NCBI GenBank assembly: GCA_038087875.1
Contig: CM075984.1
Span: 14,942,001 to 15,006,000, forward strand
Length of the DNA: 64,000 nt
Reading direction: 5' to 3'
From: Malacoraja senta
Taxonomy: Eukaryota
The notes below the pieces were generated by a model. That model was given only the letters and a program-made list of their open reading frames with translations. It was not told where the DNA came from and ran no database searches. The translations under genes were made by a program, and so were the position numbers. This document shows positions 39,026 to 51,507 of the stretch, in pieces (within the stretch, counting starts at the first letter, position 1; each line of letters begins with the position of its first letter).

Positions 39026-40248
39026 CAGGGCCGGATTTAGATGAAGAGAGGCCCTAAGCTATTTCACTTGTGAGCCCCCCCCCCTCCCAATCCTCTCCCC
39101 CACGACTAGAGGACCATGACTACCCGACAGTGACAGTGTGACACTTTTAGATCCTACTGTATGTTGTCATTAAACAGTTGGTTTTAAAATACATATTGGA
39201 TTCACCGCGGAGCGGGCGATGCCTTACCTGGATCACCATTTGAAGCTCTGGAGTGTTGGGCCTGCTGCTTCAACATCATGGAGCTGTGGTTTGTGGAGCT
39301 CCCAGCCTCGGGCCGTGCTGATTTTAATATCGCGGAGCCCTGGGAACCCTTTGCCGAGGGCCGCCAGTGTGAATCTCCACCCAGCTCAGCCTGTGGACTT
39401 TGGGAGCCGCGGTCTCCGGTAGGAAGTGGCCGATTCGGAAGTCCAAGCCGCTGAGAATGTACTCCCGTTCCGACGTTGGATGGTGACCCCAAAATTTAAT
39501 TGTACCAATGGCCATGGGGGGGGTGGGTCCAAGAGGAGGGGGTCCGTTGGAGACGGGAAAAGGGATCATCAATGGAGGGCGAGGTCGCCTTCCCATGGAA
39601 GAACGGTGTGAGGCGGAGGCAACGGAAGAAGAGCTCCAAATCGCGGCGGGCGCGGAACTCATTGAGGTGGGGACAGAGGGGGACAAAGGTGAGGCCTCTG
39701 CTGAGGACAGACCATTTGGTATCTGAGAGGGGGAGTTCAGGGGGCATGGTGAACACACGGCAGGGATGGGGGTTGAGGCCGGAGGAAGGCTGGTGAGTGG
39801 ACTGAGGCTGAGGCGATGTCTGGTGGAGGGGTGGTGGGTGGTCAGGCGGTAGGGGGTATGAGGACTGTAGTGTGGGTGGGGAAGAGCTGGGGTCACATGG
39901 TTTGAGGGGAATGGGGAAGACCCAGTGGAACAGCCACTGAGATTACCAGGGTTGGGGGACTAGCACTAGGACCCAGCGCAGTCAAACCCGGGGGAGTGGG
40001 AGTCTGCAGCGTGGAAACTTCAGGCCCGGTGCTGAGTCTAGTCTGCAGGTAAGGCGAGTGCTGCGGGCTGCTGGAGGGCGATGGAGTGGCAAGGGTCAGC
40101 GGGCAAAGAGTAGGAGATTCCGGTGGGTGGATGGTCGGTGTGGCAGCGAGGTTTGACTGGTCTGGTGAGGCAGTGAGGTGAGTAGGCCCCTCTAGATCTC
40201 GAGGCCCTAAGCTTAAGCTTGTCTAGCTTATACGTAAATCCGGCCCTG
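39026..40248. mobile_element. Non-autonomous hAT (Tip100-like) element carrying captured retroelement fragments
   Basis: 14-bp TIRs cagggccggattta / taaatccggccctg; perfect 8-bp TSD ccaacagg (39018-39025 and 40249-40256). Confidence 0.93.
39496..40180 (-). mobile_element. Penelope-like ORF N-terminal fragment inside the hAT element
   Basis: VFTMPPELPLSDTKWSVLSRGLTFVPLCPHLNEFRARRDLELFFRCLRL…DDPFSRLQRTPSSWT resembles the LSxGLxFxP region preceding the Penelope RT. Confidence 0.8.
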
Positions 40249-40249
40249 C

Positions 40250-40448
40250 CAACAGGCCCTTTGACCCACTGTCCAGCAAGCACCCCGTACACTAGCAGCA
40301 TCCTACAAATTCCAGAAGCCAATTTCCCAGAGATTGGTCACAGGTAGAACGTACAAACGCCGTACAGACAGCACCCGCACTCAGAATCTAACCCGGGTCT
40401 TTGGCGCTGTAAGGCAGAAACTATACTGCTGCGCCACTAAGCCACCGC
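40250..40448 (-). mobile_element. HE1/V-SINE-like SINE whose tail region was the hAT insertion target
   Basis: aacaggccctttgacccact… continues directly from the TSD. Confidence 0.8.
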
Positions 40449-40469
40449 AGATCTTATAAGAAATGTTTA

Positions 40470-41310
40470 GGATAGCACCATGGCACAGCTGGTAGAGCTA
40501 TTCCCTCACGATCCCTATCTCAGATGCAGTTGGTGTGTAGTTTGCACGTTCTCCCTGTGACTGTCTAGGCTTCCTGCGGGTGTACCGGTTGCATTGAAGA
40601 TAGGAACATGAAAGCACAAGGATGGGCCCTTTGGCTCACCATGTCTGTGCCGAACATAATGCCAAAACCATCTCTTATCTTCCTGTGCATAATCCATATC
40701 CCTCCATTCCCTGCATATCATATGCCTATCCTAAAGCCTTTTAAATGCCACTATCGTGTCTGCCTCAACCACCAATACTGACAATGTATTGTAGGCACTT
40801 ACCACCCTCTATTTTTTTTTTTTAATTGTCCCCACATCTCCTTTAAATTTTGCCCCTCTCACCTTGAAGCTATACCCTCTAGTATTTATTTTTTCCATCT
40901 TGGTTGAAAGGTTCTAACTCTCTACCTAGCTATGCCTTTCATAATTTTACATACAGTACTTCTATCTGTTCTCCCCGTGACCTCTGGCGTTCCAAAGAAA
41001 ACAATCCAAGTCTGTGTAACCTCTCCCTGTAGCTAATACCCCCTAATCCAGGCAATATTCTTTTTTCTAAAGCCTCCACATCCTTCTTGTAATAGTGTGA
41101 CCAGAACTGCGCGTAATATTCCAGATGTAACCTAACTAATGTTCTTCCCACATCCCACAGACGTGTGAATTTTGAAGTAAAATGGCCTCTGTAAATTGCC
41201 CCTAGTGCATCGGGAGTGGATGCAAAAGTGTAATGTGTGAACAGGTGATCTATGGTCAACATGGACTCGGCAGGTCGAAGGGCCTGTTTCCATGCTGTAT
41301 GTTTCAATCA
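40470..41310 (+). mobile_element. SINE interrupted by a minus-strand CR1 3' fragment (about 40595-41140)
   Basis: SINE head 40470-40590 resumes at ttcttcccacatcccacagac (41143); insert encodes LVRLHLEYYAQFWS…ISYRERLHRLGLFSLE. Confidence 0.85.
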
Positions 41311-41882
41311 GTCAAAAAAAGGTTTTAAAAAATCATCCAGTGGCCTATCTTTCAGATCTGTCTCCGTGGTGATATTTGCTAGGTTACAATTTCCTCAGTA
41401 ATATGCTGCACATTCCAGTCACTGGTGATATTCTGTCTGGTTCCCTGTGACCAATGAAGTAACCCCAGGTCCATAACAACAGTGAGATATCTTTGATGTT
41501 AAAAAATGAACATTAAAGTCAATGGAGCTATGCCCAGAGGGAGGCAACATCAAAATACATGTCAGCAGGGTATATTTCCGATCCAGTATCTGGCAACCAG
41601 ACAGAAAGTCCCTTTATCCTGGGTTGGAACAGGCATTCCTCACATCTTGCGAGAAGATGGATTTTCACAAGTGATCTAATAATGGATCAAAAATTAGTCA
41701 GCTGTATGGTATATATTATGGAAATGGTAAGAAAGCAGCTACTTTAGCAGAATATTATTCTAACATACATTAATTCACATCCCATCACAGCTAAGGAATT
41801 AAAATGTGCAGTTAAGTAAATCTGAAATAAAAGCCACATATCAATAATCTGATTATTAAATAAGTGAATCATCGTCACAAGT

Positions 41883-42180
41883 GTGGCATGGAGGCACAGT
41901 GGTAGAGCTACTGCCTTACGGCGCCAGAGACCAGGGTTCAATCCTCACGATGGGTGCTGTCTGTATGGAGTTTGTACGTTCTTCCCATGACCACATGGGT
42001 TTCTCCGGTTTCCTCCCATACTCCAAAGATGTACAGGTTTGTAGGCTAATTGGCTTCAGTAAAAATTGTAAACTGTCCCTGGTGTGTGCACGATAGTGTT
42101 AATGTGCGGGTATCACTGGTCGGCACTGACTCGGTGGGCCGAAGGGCCTGTTTCCGCGCTGTATCTCTAAACTAAACTAA
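41883..42180 (+). mobile_element. HE1/V-SINE-like SINE
   Basis: Near-consensus head, core and tail gggccgaagggcctgtttccgcgctgtatctctaaactaaact. Confidence 0.92.
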
Positions 42181-43408
42181 GTCATCTGATTCACTGAGGT
42201 TATCTCAGGAAAGAGATATGCAGCCCTTACCTGACCTGGCCAGTTTCCGAGACCAGCCTGAAGTAATGTAGATAATGTTTAGTTTAGAGATACAGCTTGG
42301 AATAGGCCCTTCAGCCCACCAAGTGCTCAATATTGTATGGAAATCCATAATCTATTTCCTGTCATGCATGCGCAAGTGGACACTCTGCCTTCTCCCTTTT
42401 TCATTCAGTTACAAATGCAAAGCCTCCCTCATATGAACGGATTCTTTACACCTGGCCTTGTGTATGCAATTGGGTGGGAGTCTTTCCATCCAAGCAAAGC
42501 CGTTATCTACCTCAATTAAGTAGTCCGACCAGGCCCCAAATTTTGAATGAAAAACACAAAGAAAGGGTAGGGACTGAAAATCTGAAATGAAGACAGAACA
42601 TGCTGGAAACACTCAGCAGGTCAGGCAGAATCTGCAGAATGAGAAACAATTCGGGTCAAGGATATTTTATCAGAACTGACAAAAGGTCACAGACTGAAAC
42701 TCTAACTGTTACCCTTTCTATAAATACTGCCCGAGTTGATGAACACTTCCAGCATTTTCTATTTTAATTTCAAATTGCGTTTAATTATCTTAAGTACCTG
42801 CTTCTCCTTAGGCTTTTCACTCTCCGTGTTGAGTTCCTGTCTTATCAAATGGCCAAAGTGCCTGAGTAGTTTGAATGTTTTTATGAGGGTAATATTATTT
42901 AAAGGCAGTATTATTGCAAACCTGTTATATTAAACAGTGCATTGCCAACTAAACAGAATCCAGTAATCCTGAGAGTTAACCACAAATAGTTTAATGCCAC
43001 TGTTTTCAGGTAACCTGCATCATAGCTGCTCATTAAAAAAATCAATGCTAGCACTCCAGGATCATTGGTGACGAGTCAGAGCAGGAGGGAGCTTTACTCA
43101 TGTAGATGGGCTAAGACTCACATGAAAGTAATCTTCACAAGGTTAAAGAAAATGCACATATTAAGCCACTGATCTGAACACATTACAGTTAGTCTTGTGA
43201 GGTAGGTCTTAGGCTGACTAACGTGCTCGCTATCCTCTGACTTTCACAAATGCTCAAAATCACTTGGGTCTGCTCAAAAATCAAGTATTAAAATTTAACT
43301 GGTTAAAATCATTATAACAATTAAAAGATCATGTATACACATAAATGATATGTGTGTGTATGTATAAACAGTATGTATACAGACACACACACACCGGCCT
43401 ATTCAGTA

Positions 43409-43551
43409 NNNNNNNNNNNNNNNNNNNNNNNNNNNNNNNNNNNNNNNNNNNNNNNNNNNNNNNNNNNNNNNNNNNNNNNNNNNNNNNNNNNNNNNNNNNN
43501 NNNNNNNNNNNNNNNNNNNNNNNNNNNNNNNNNNNNNNNNNNNNNNNNNNN
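43409..43551. other. Assembly gap (143 N)
   Basis: Run of n. Confidence 1.
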
Positions 43552-44865
43552 GGCGCCTTTCTAAAACCCAAGGCCCCCCGCAATGCATAGAATCACAAAA
43601 AAAATACAAAACACATAATCGGAATAAATTAAATATAAAAACACCACAGTACACAAATCAAGGACAGAATTCAATTTCAAGAGCATATAATTATATGTAT
43701 ATATAAAATTCCTTCTCTCCAGGGATGCTGCCTGTCCCGCTGTTACTCCAGCATTTTGTGTCTACCTTCTATATATATATATAATATATAATACATATGT
43801 GTGTGTGTGCACGCACATACGTATGTATACGTTTACGCATATATACACACATTTAGACTAATTAGCTGTCGAATTCTGCCTTTCATTTGAACGGGGCTGT
43901 CATACATGCACCTGTTAAACGTGATCCAAGTTCACCAGCTTGTCTTCCCAGCCAGAGAGCTGGGACTGCTGCAAAAACCTGCACTGTCCTTTGGACTCCA
44001 TACCTAGTTGATGGACCAGTTGACGCCACTGCTACCAACCTTGGCCTGGATCCAGCATTGGATGCTGGCAAATCCAGATAAGTCCTGGTCCAAGTGTGAA
44101 GGTATCGGGCTGAGAGCAACATGGGCGTCTGGTGGCAGGTGATAAGACCAGCCTATTCAGTACAAAGGGCAACCTGCCACATTCCATTACCGTAAGCGAA
44201 GATTACCGCAGGGAACTGTATGAAGAAAGGTAGCCCATGGTATTTATTTGAACATGTACTGGAGTTTTTTGTGGATGAAGTCCTTCCATGCCGTTCGAAA
44301 ATAGTTACTTGCAAGTACTGGGCAAAGAGCCCAGCTGCCCATTTCACTTTTGATTTGTTCTCAATTATGCAAAGCTCTTCCAGTGATTTAAGTCAATAGT
44401 CACTGCTGGAATCACAGTTTTATTACTGTCAACAATCCCTTAAATTGATGTGATAAACTCACTTGCAATACAAAGCAGCACAGAGAGCTAATGCAACAAC
44501 AGGCAAAGAGAGATCTGTTCCCAATTATATTGTATTAATCATCAACCGCTATAAATGCCAAACAAATTTTCCGCACAGTAAGATAAATTTAAAATTATGG
44601 GGAAAACTCCTGTACTGTATTACTGAAGAAACACTCCTGTATTAAAAGAAAACAAGCCATATTGCTCAGATCACGTCACACAGATTGGTACATGTTTTGA
44701 CTGAGAACAAGAAAGGGCATGCATTTACATAGAGTTAGCACAGAGACGCAGTAGTAAAGTTGTTACCTCAGAACTCCATTGATTTGGGTTCAATCCTGAT
44801 CGCCAGCTCTCAATGTGTTTTCATGTTCTTCCTTTGAGTAGGTAGGTTTCCTCCCGTGTCCCTAA

Positions 44866-45206
44866 TGGGCCTGTCCCACTTACGTGACTTTTTCGGCGAC
44901 TGCCGGCACCCGTCATAGGTCGTTGCAGGTCGCCGAAAATGTTCAACATGTTGAAAATCTAGCGGCGACCAGAACAAGGTACGACTCTTTAGGCGACTAC
45001 TCACGACCAAACAGGCTTCACCCCGCGACATGTCGCCAGTGTGTCGCCTGTATGGTCGTGAGTAGTCTCCTCGGTCGCCCAAAAAGTCGTAGCGTCTTTC
45101 TGGTTGCCGCTGGATTTTCAACATGTTGAAAATTTTCGGCAACCTGCAACGACCTATGACGAGTGCCGGCAGTCGCCGAAAAAGTCGCGTAAGTGGGACA
45201 GGCCCA
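44866..45206. mobile_element. Almost fully palindromic PIF/Harbinger-type MITE inserted in a SINE (about 44735-45365)
   Basis: tgggcctgtcccacttacg / cgtaagtgggacaggccca with inverted arms over 100 bp; TAA duplication at 44863-44865 and 45207-45209. Confidence 0.93.
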
Positions 45207-45399
45207 TAAGATATGCTTGTAAGTAAATTGTTCCTCGTGTGCAATGTTTGAGCAGTAGAATCTGATGGGAGTTTATGGGGGGATAAAGTGACTTTACAAT
45301 AAGATTAAGTAAATAGATGCTTAATGGTGGCCATAGACTCAATAGACTGTTTCTGTGTTCTTGGTCTGAGGCAACTTGATATTACAAATATTAAAGCAT

Positions 45400-45722
45400 T
45401 TTTGAAGTGTTGAAAGAAAGCACAGCACTAATTGGTATGTTGGAAATTCGCAGGATCGGGAATGTTATAAATAGATAATAAGATATTAATGATGTTAATT
45501 GAAGGATGAATGTTGGTCACAGTAACTTTACTGCTGTTCTTTGAAATTTTGTAATGAGATTTTTCACAGCCAATGTGAGAATGGAGAGGGCCTTGATTTA
45601 ATGTGTAATCTATAAAATGACTCCCTCTGTGTACTGCTGATGTGTCAGCGTAGAATTCTCTGCGTAAATCTGTGCAGTGGGAGCAAGTCAGAAGCATGAC
45701 TGCTATTAACAAAGCCATGACC
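45400..45722 (-). mobile_element. DeuSINE (SacSINE1-like) remnant
   Basis: tgatgttaattgaaggatgaatgttggtca…gctgttctttgaaattttgtaatgagattttt…gggccttgatttaatgt matches the Deu domain in reverse. Confidence 0.65.
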
Positions 45723-46034
45723 AACACACATTCATCATCTCTTGTCACTATGTAATTCAGTTTATCGTGAAAATACTGCAAATCCATGCACAATTTTGCC
45801 GTTAAAATACAACTTTTAAATGTACTTTTTGATATTATGAAGACTCACTAGCATGAGTGAGATCTGTGATGCCTGCCATTAGATTGACTATTGACATGTT
45901 GTGTTGATAAATCGTGTATTAATTAACATACTGTAACATTCAGTGGCATTTCTAAAGATCCCATGGAAGCATAAGGATCTTCAATGTGCTGAGGTGGAGG
46001 GTCGGGCACACTTTGCAGTTACTCCCTCAGAGTT

Positions 46035-47840
46035 TATATGGACTTTAGCAAGGTATTTGACAAGATCCTGCATGTTAGGCTAGTCTGGATTGTTAGATTG
46101 CATGGAATTCAAAATGAGCTCTTTAGTTGGATTCTCTGAAGAAGGGTTCCAACCCATTCTTTCTCCCCAGAGATGCTGCCTGACCCGCTGATTTACTCCA
46201 GCACATAGTGTCTATAGTTGGATTCAAAATTGGCTTGGAGGAAGGAGTCAAAGGATAATTGTGGAAGATTGATTCTCTTATTCGAGGCCTGTAGAATGTC
46301 ACAGGGGTCAATGCTGTTTGTTATATACACTGTACCTTAACAATTTCATAATTGATAAGTTCATAAGTTATAAGAGCAGAATTAGGCCATTGGGCCCATC
46401 AGGTCTACTTCGCCATTCAATCATGGCTGATCAATCTTTGCCTCTCAGCTCCATGCTCCTGCCTTCTCCCCATAGCTCCATACACCCTTACTAATCAAGA
46501 ATCTGTTAATCTCCGCCTTAAATATTTGAATGGCTATGTAGTTAACATTGTTAGTTAATTTGCAGTTGACACAAAATAAGTGTTATAGTGGACAGTGAGA
46601 AAGTGTATCTAAGTTTACATAATAAGAACTAGATCAGTTGGGAAGGCATCCCAAGGAATGGCAAATGAATTTTAGATTGACAAGTGTGAGATGTTGCCCT
46701 TTGGAATGTCAGACCAGGGCAGGACTTAAGGGCCTGTCCCACTTTCGCGACCTTTTATACTCGTGGACATTTTTCATCAGGCTAGAAAAACGCCCTGACC
46801 TACTTGATGCCACGAGTACCTACGACTAGCATCACGGCCTGCTACGACCTACCTACAACCTCCTACGACCTCGTGACGACCATGCTGCGAGTATGAGTCA
46901 AGGGCAACCTCGGCTGAGGTCGTGAATTAGGTCGTGAAAGTGGGACAGGCCCTTTACACAGCAAATGAGAGAGCCCTGGAGAGTGTTTCACCGCAGAGAG
47001 ATGTAGGAGTGCAGGTGCATAGTTTTCTGATATTGGGGACTGAGATTGACAGGGTAGTGAAGGTTTTTGGCATGCTTGACTTCATTTGGGAAGGGTATTG
47101 AGTGCAAACGTTAGCACATCATGATGCAGCTGTACAAGTTGCGTGTGAGACCACACTTGGAGTACTGTTTGCAGTTCTGATCACCCAGCTATAATGGAAG
47201 GCTATCTTGGTCCTGCCCACTCCCCTGACCAGTCTGAAGAAGGGTCTCGACCCGAAACATTCACCCATTCCTTCTCTTCAGAGATGCTGCCTGTCCCGCT
47301 GAGTTACTCCAGCATTTTGTGTCTACCTTAGCTACAATGGAAGGTTGCTTTTTGGACTGGACACCTGTGACGAGTGGTGTGCCTCATGGCCCCATTGTTG
47401 TTTGTAGTTTATATCGATGATTTTGATGAGAATATACAAGTTTGCTGATAACACTAAAGTAGGTGGTATTGTAGACAGTGAAGATGGTTCTTAAAAATTA
47501 CAACAGGATCTTGATCAGCTGGGCATGTGGGCTGAGGAATGGTTGATGGAATGTAATACAGATAAGTGCGAGGTGTTGCATTTTGAGTGGTCAAATCAAG
47601 GCAGGACTCTCACAGTGAATAGCAGGGCCAAGGGGAATGTTGTAGAGTGGAGGGATCTATGAGTACAGGTAAATAGTTCCCTGTTGGACAAAGGTAGGTA
47701 GGGTGGTTAAAAAAAATGTTTTGGTACATTGTCCTTCATCAGTCAGGGTATTGAGTATAGAAGTTGGGATGTTATGATACAGTTGTACAAGATGTTGGTG
47801 AGCCCACGTTTTAAGTAATGTGTTCAGTTTTGGTCAGTAA
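46035..47840 (+). mobile_element. Old CR1 RT remnants with nested insertions (Penelope pieces at about 46130-46215 and 47200-47330, a CR1 tail at about 46345-46520, a MITE)
   Basis: YMDFSKVFDKI; tgcagttgacacaaaa; WQMNF; VRPHLEYC; a second CR1 segment with KFADNTKVGG at about 47440. Confidence 0.8.
46729..46953. mobile_element. Short PIF/Harbinger-type MITE
   Basis: agggcctgtcccactttc / gaaagtgggacaggccct; TTA duplication; removing it restores the CR1 sequence agggcaggacttacacag. Confidence 0.93.
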
Positions 47841-48079
47841 TATCTTTGTGATTGATTGATGATTGTTAATCAGATTTCACATTGGTAGATAGGACTGCTT
47901 CAACCTCCATCTTTGTTTGAAGCTAATGAGCAAGCTTTCAATTATGGTTTTGGCCAAAACTGAGACCCTGGGCCCAGAGTCTTTTTTTTTTGTTAACAGT
48001 AGAAAATCCATACTTTTCTAATCGAAAGAATATGCAGCTTTGATACCTATGAATGGAATTTGTCACTTTCAGCTGATAT

Positions 48080-48503
48080 ATCATGGCTGATCTATCTTTC
48101 CCTCTCACTACCTGTAATCTGTGCACTAACGTGGGTCATAAGATCATATGTGATAGGAGCAGAATTATGTCATTCGGCACATCAAGTCTACTCCGCCATT
48201 CAATCATGGCTGAACTATCTCTTCCTCTTAACTCCATTCTCCTGCCTTGTCCCCAGAACCCCTGACACCCTTACTAATCAAGAGTTTGTCAATCTCCGCC
48301 TTAAAAATATCCATTGACTTTGCCTCCACAGCCAGCTGTGGCAATGAATTCCACAGATTCACCACCCTGACTAAAGAAATTTCTCCTCATCTCCTTTCTA
48401 AAGATGCGTCCTTTTATTCTGAGACTGTGGCCTCTGGTCCTAGCCCCTCCCACTAGTGCAAACATCCTCTCCACATTCACTCTATCCAGGCCTTTCACTC
48501 TTC
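48080..48503 (-). mobile_element. CR1 3' end with a mosaic junction
   Basis: KGLDRVNVERMF…RTRGHSLRIKG…FFSQ; see finding on the templated insertion. Confidence 0.88.
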
Positions 48504-49002
48504 TTCCAGGCTATTCATCAGAACAACATGCAGAAATGCTATTGCTTGCAATGTATCATCTATATACTATTACTAAAACTCCCATCTTAACCACGTTGTA
48601 TTTAAATTTGCACATAAACAGTACCTTATATCGCTAGGATTACTCGCCACCTTACTCACCGTTCTCCTCTGCTCCAAGCCACCAAGTTTTGTTCCGATTG
48701 GTTCTTCTCGCCTGTCAGTCACAAGAAAGGTAACGCCCCTTCCTGCACCCGTTGGAGAATAAAGTCCCAGAGGCGGGGCTGAGTCCGTGAGCTCGTCCAG
48801 AAGCCGCCGCCCGTCCAGAAGCCGCAGCCCTCCCAAAAGCAGCCGAGAATAAAGCTGAAGCAGTGTGTGGGTGTGGGCTGTGTTCTGCGGGCGGGGGCTG
48901 TGAGTGCGACAGGTACTGGGGATGGGAGCAGCTGCGTGAGTCTGGAGCCGAGTCCTGGAGCCAGGAGTATGGTCGGAGCTGGGGCCGGGAATTGGTGAGC
49001 CC

Positions 49003-49200
49003 ACACACACCCCTCCCCCATGGCCCCCTCCCCCACACCCCCCTCCCCCACACCTCCCTCTCCCACAACCCCGTTCCCCCACCCCCCCTCCCCTACACCT
49101 CCCTCCCGCACACCCCCTCCCCTACAACCCCTCCCCCACATCCCCCCTCCCCTACACCTCCCTCCCGCACACCCCCCCTCCCCCACACCTCCCTTTCCCA
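49003..49200. repeat. C-rich tandem repeat (about 14-15 bp, cacaccccctcccc-like)
   Basis: Direct reading. Confidence 0.9.
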
Positions 49201-50228
49201 GATGTGGTAACCACTGGCAAAGCCGCTTGTTGCCCCTCCATATTTTCTCTCGAACCTAATTGTGCCATCGCGTACTCGAGAGTCATTTATTTATTCATGC
49301 GACAGATGTGGGTATGACTGGCAAAGCCATTTATTGCTCACCACAAATTAATTTCTCTGAACTGAGTTGATTCCTCAGCTATTTCAGAAGCCAGCCACGC
49401 CACAGTGTGTGTGGACTCACCTATGGGACAGATCAAGTAAAGATAGATTTCCTTCCCTCAAAGAACCAGTTGGGTTTTCACAACAATTAATAATTTAATG
49501 GTCATCATCACTGATATTGTTTATTTTCTAGATTTACTTACAATCACCATAGGATTTAATTCATGTCATTAGATTAGATGGAATGCCTCGTACCCCTTAT
49601 ATCAGCAGATTTGTTCATTTAATGAGGAACGCTATTCCTTGCGCAGTAATGTGAAATCTGTCCTAAAGAACTGGCAGACTATTTTACATCTCAACTGATT
49701 CCTACTCCCATTGACCTCATTTACTTGTACCTCCTGGGTCCACGGTACAGGCTTTTTATCTAAGTCAAGAACATATCTTTGGATGGTGGCCATGGAGGAG
49801 GAATCTTGAGCATGCCTGGTCCAAAGCCTAGTTACTTCATGAGGGAGCCAATTTGTCAATGTGGTCCTTTAATAGCCGTGTAGGAAATGTGTTTGGCCTA
49901 GATAAATTTGCTTACATCTAGTTTCAATTTATATATTCTGGGTCAAGATGGATACGGAGAAGATGATATATGAAAGCATCTAACAAAAAACTAAGTCGTG
50001 AGCTTTGTTTCATTTGCTGTCCGGTCATACATCACAAGTAATTTTTAGTCAGTGAGTTGTGATCATCAGTCGATGGACGAGCGGAAAAGAGCCCCTTGAA
50101 TAGAAATGCCTGAAATGCATTTTAACCATGAGGGGGAAGTAACTACATAACATACAGAGTACCATTTTATATTTGCATTTGGGCAAATAAGCACTTGATT
50201 TACCAAATGGCTACCAAATGAGCAGTCG

Positions 50229-50983
50229 GTGGGGGCGCTGCGAGACGGCTGCCCTGCCAGCAGCGTGTTCGTTATTTCTACTATTTTTTTTTTTTTTAGT
50301 GTGTCCAAATGTTTGTTTTAGTGTCTCTCGGTATGCCTTGTGTGGGGGTTGGTGAGGGGGAAAAAAGGGGAACCGCTTTCGGTCGCCTCCTCCACGGAGA
50401 CGCGACTTTTTCCATGTTGCCTCCCTCGCGGCCTAACACCATGGATTGGAGCGGCCTTTCCCGGAGTCGAGCCCGGAATTTCAGCAGCGGGCGCAGCGTG
50501 GACTTTTCATCACGGAGCGGGCGAGCCCTTACCGGGGGTCGCCAGAAGGGAGTGCTCCGATCGCTGGCCTGTGGACTGTTACATCTTGAAGCCATGGTCT
50601 GTGGAGCTTCTAGCCGCGGGTGCGGCGTCCGGAACCTGGGATCCCTTGTCGGGGATCCCTGGAGAAGAGCTCCGACCGCCGGCCCGCGGCCTATAACATC
50701 CTGAAGCCGCGGTCTGCGGAGCTTCTGGCCGCGGGCACGGCGTGAACTTACCTTCCGGAGCGGGATCCCTCGCCGGGGATAGCCAGAGAAAAGCTCCGAC
50801 CGCCGGCCTGCGGCCTACAACATCCTGAAGCCACGGTCTCCAGTAAGAAAACGCCGATTCGGGACCTCCAAGCCGTGGAGTGTGTTCGACGAGAGGGCCT
50901 GTACATCCGGCCGTCCGTAGCGGTGACTGCGGAGGTTTATGGCCCTGACCACGGGTGAACAATGGAGCAGGACTGACTGAACG
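50229..50983 (+). mobile_element. GC-rich non-autonomous retroposon family member, 3'-truncated, with an internal tandem repeat of about 120 bp
   Basis: Shares its layout and cctcgcggccta..acc..ggattggagcggcctttcc with 58046-58886. Confidence 0.75.
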
Positions 50984-51074
50984 TAAGGCTCATTGCAGTC
51001 CAAGATCCTCCCAAAGCAGCTTTCTCAGAAAGCCAGATTTAAGTATGTTACCTGTTTTCTTACCTTATATTAGT

Positions 51075-51365
51075 TCATAATTGATAGAAGTAGAATTAAG
51101 CCATTCAGCCCATCAAGTCTACACTGCCCATTCAATCATGGCTGATCAAAAGCAGGAACGTGGTACTGATTTTGGATGATCAGCCATGATCATATTGAAT
51201 GGCGGTGCTGGCTCGAAAGGGCCGAATGGCCTACTCCTGCACATATTGTCTATGTTTCTATGTTTCAACCCCATTCTCCTGCCTTCTCCCCCAAACACCC
51301 GTACTAATCAAGAATCTATCTATCTCTGCCTTAAGAATATTAATTGATGGTCTCCACAGCCTTCC
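51075..51365. mobile_element. Minus-strand CR1 tail with a plus-strand CR1 tail (about 51148-51263) inserted into it
   Basis: Host sequence breaks after catggctgatc and resumes at tcaaccccattctcctgcc. Confidence 0.8.
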
Positions 51366-51507
51366 ATGGATTATATCCATGTGCATGTTCTTGTTTGACC
51401 AATAAAATAAAACTTGTATTTTTTATGAAGTACTAAATGTGAGTCCAAAATATTGTGAACAGTTTTGTTTCAGTTTTCAGAGGCATTCATAAACTATAAG
51501 GTGTGAG

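Noticed and set aside
43880-44400. Balanced-composition stretch with several short ORFs
   Set aside because: No protein family recognised and no consistent splice-site pair.
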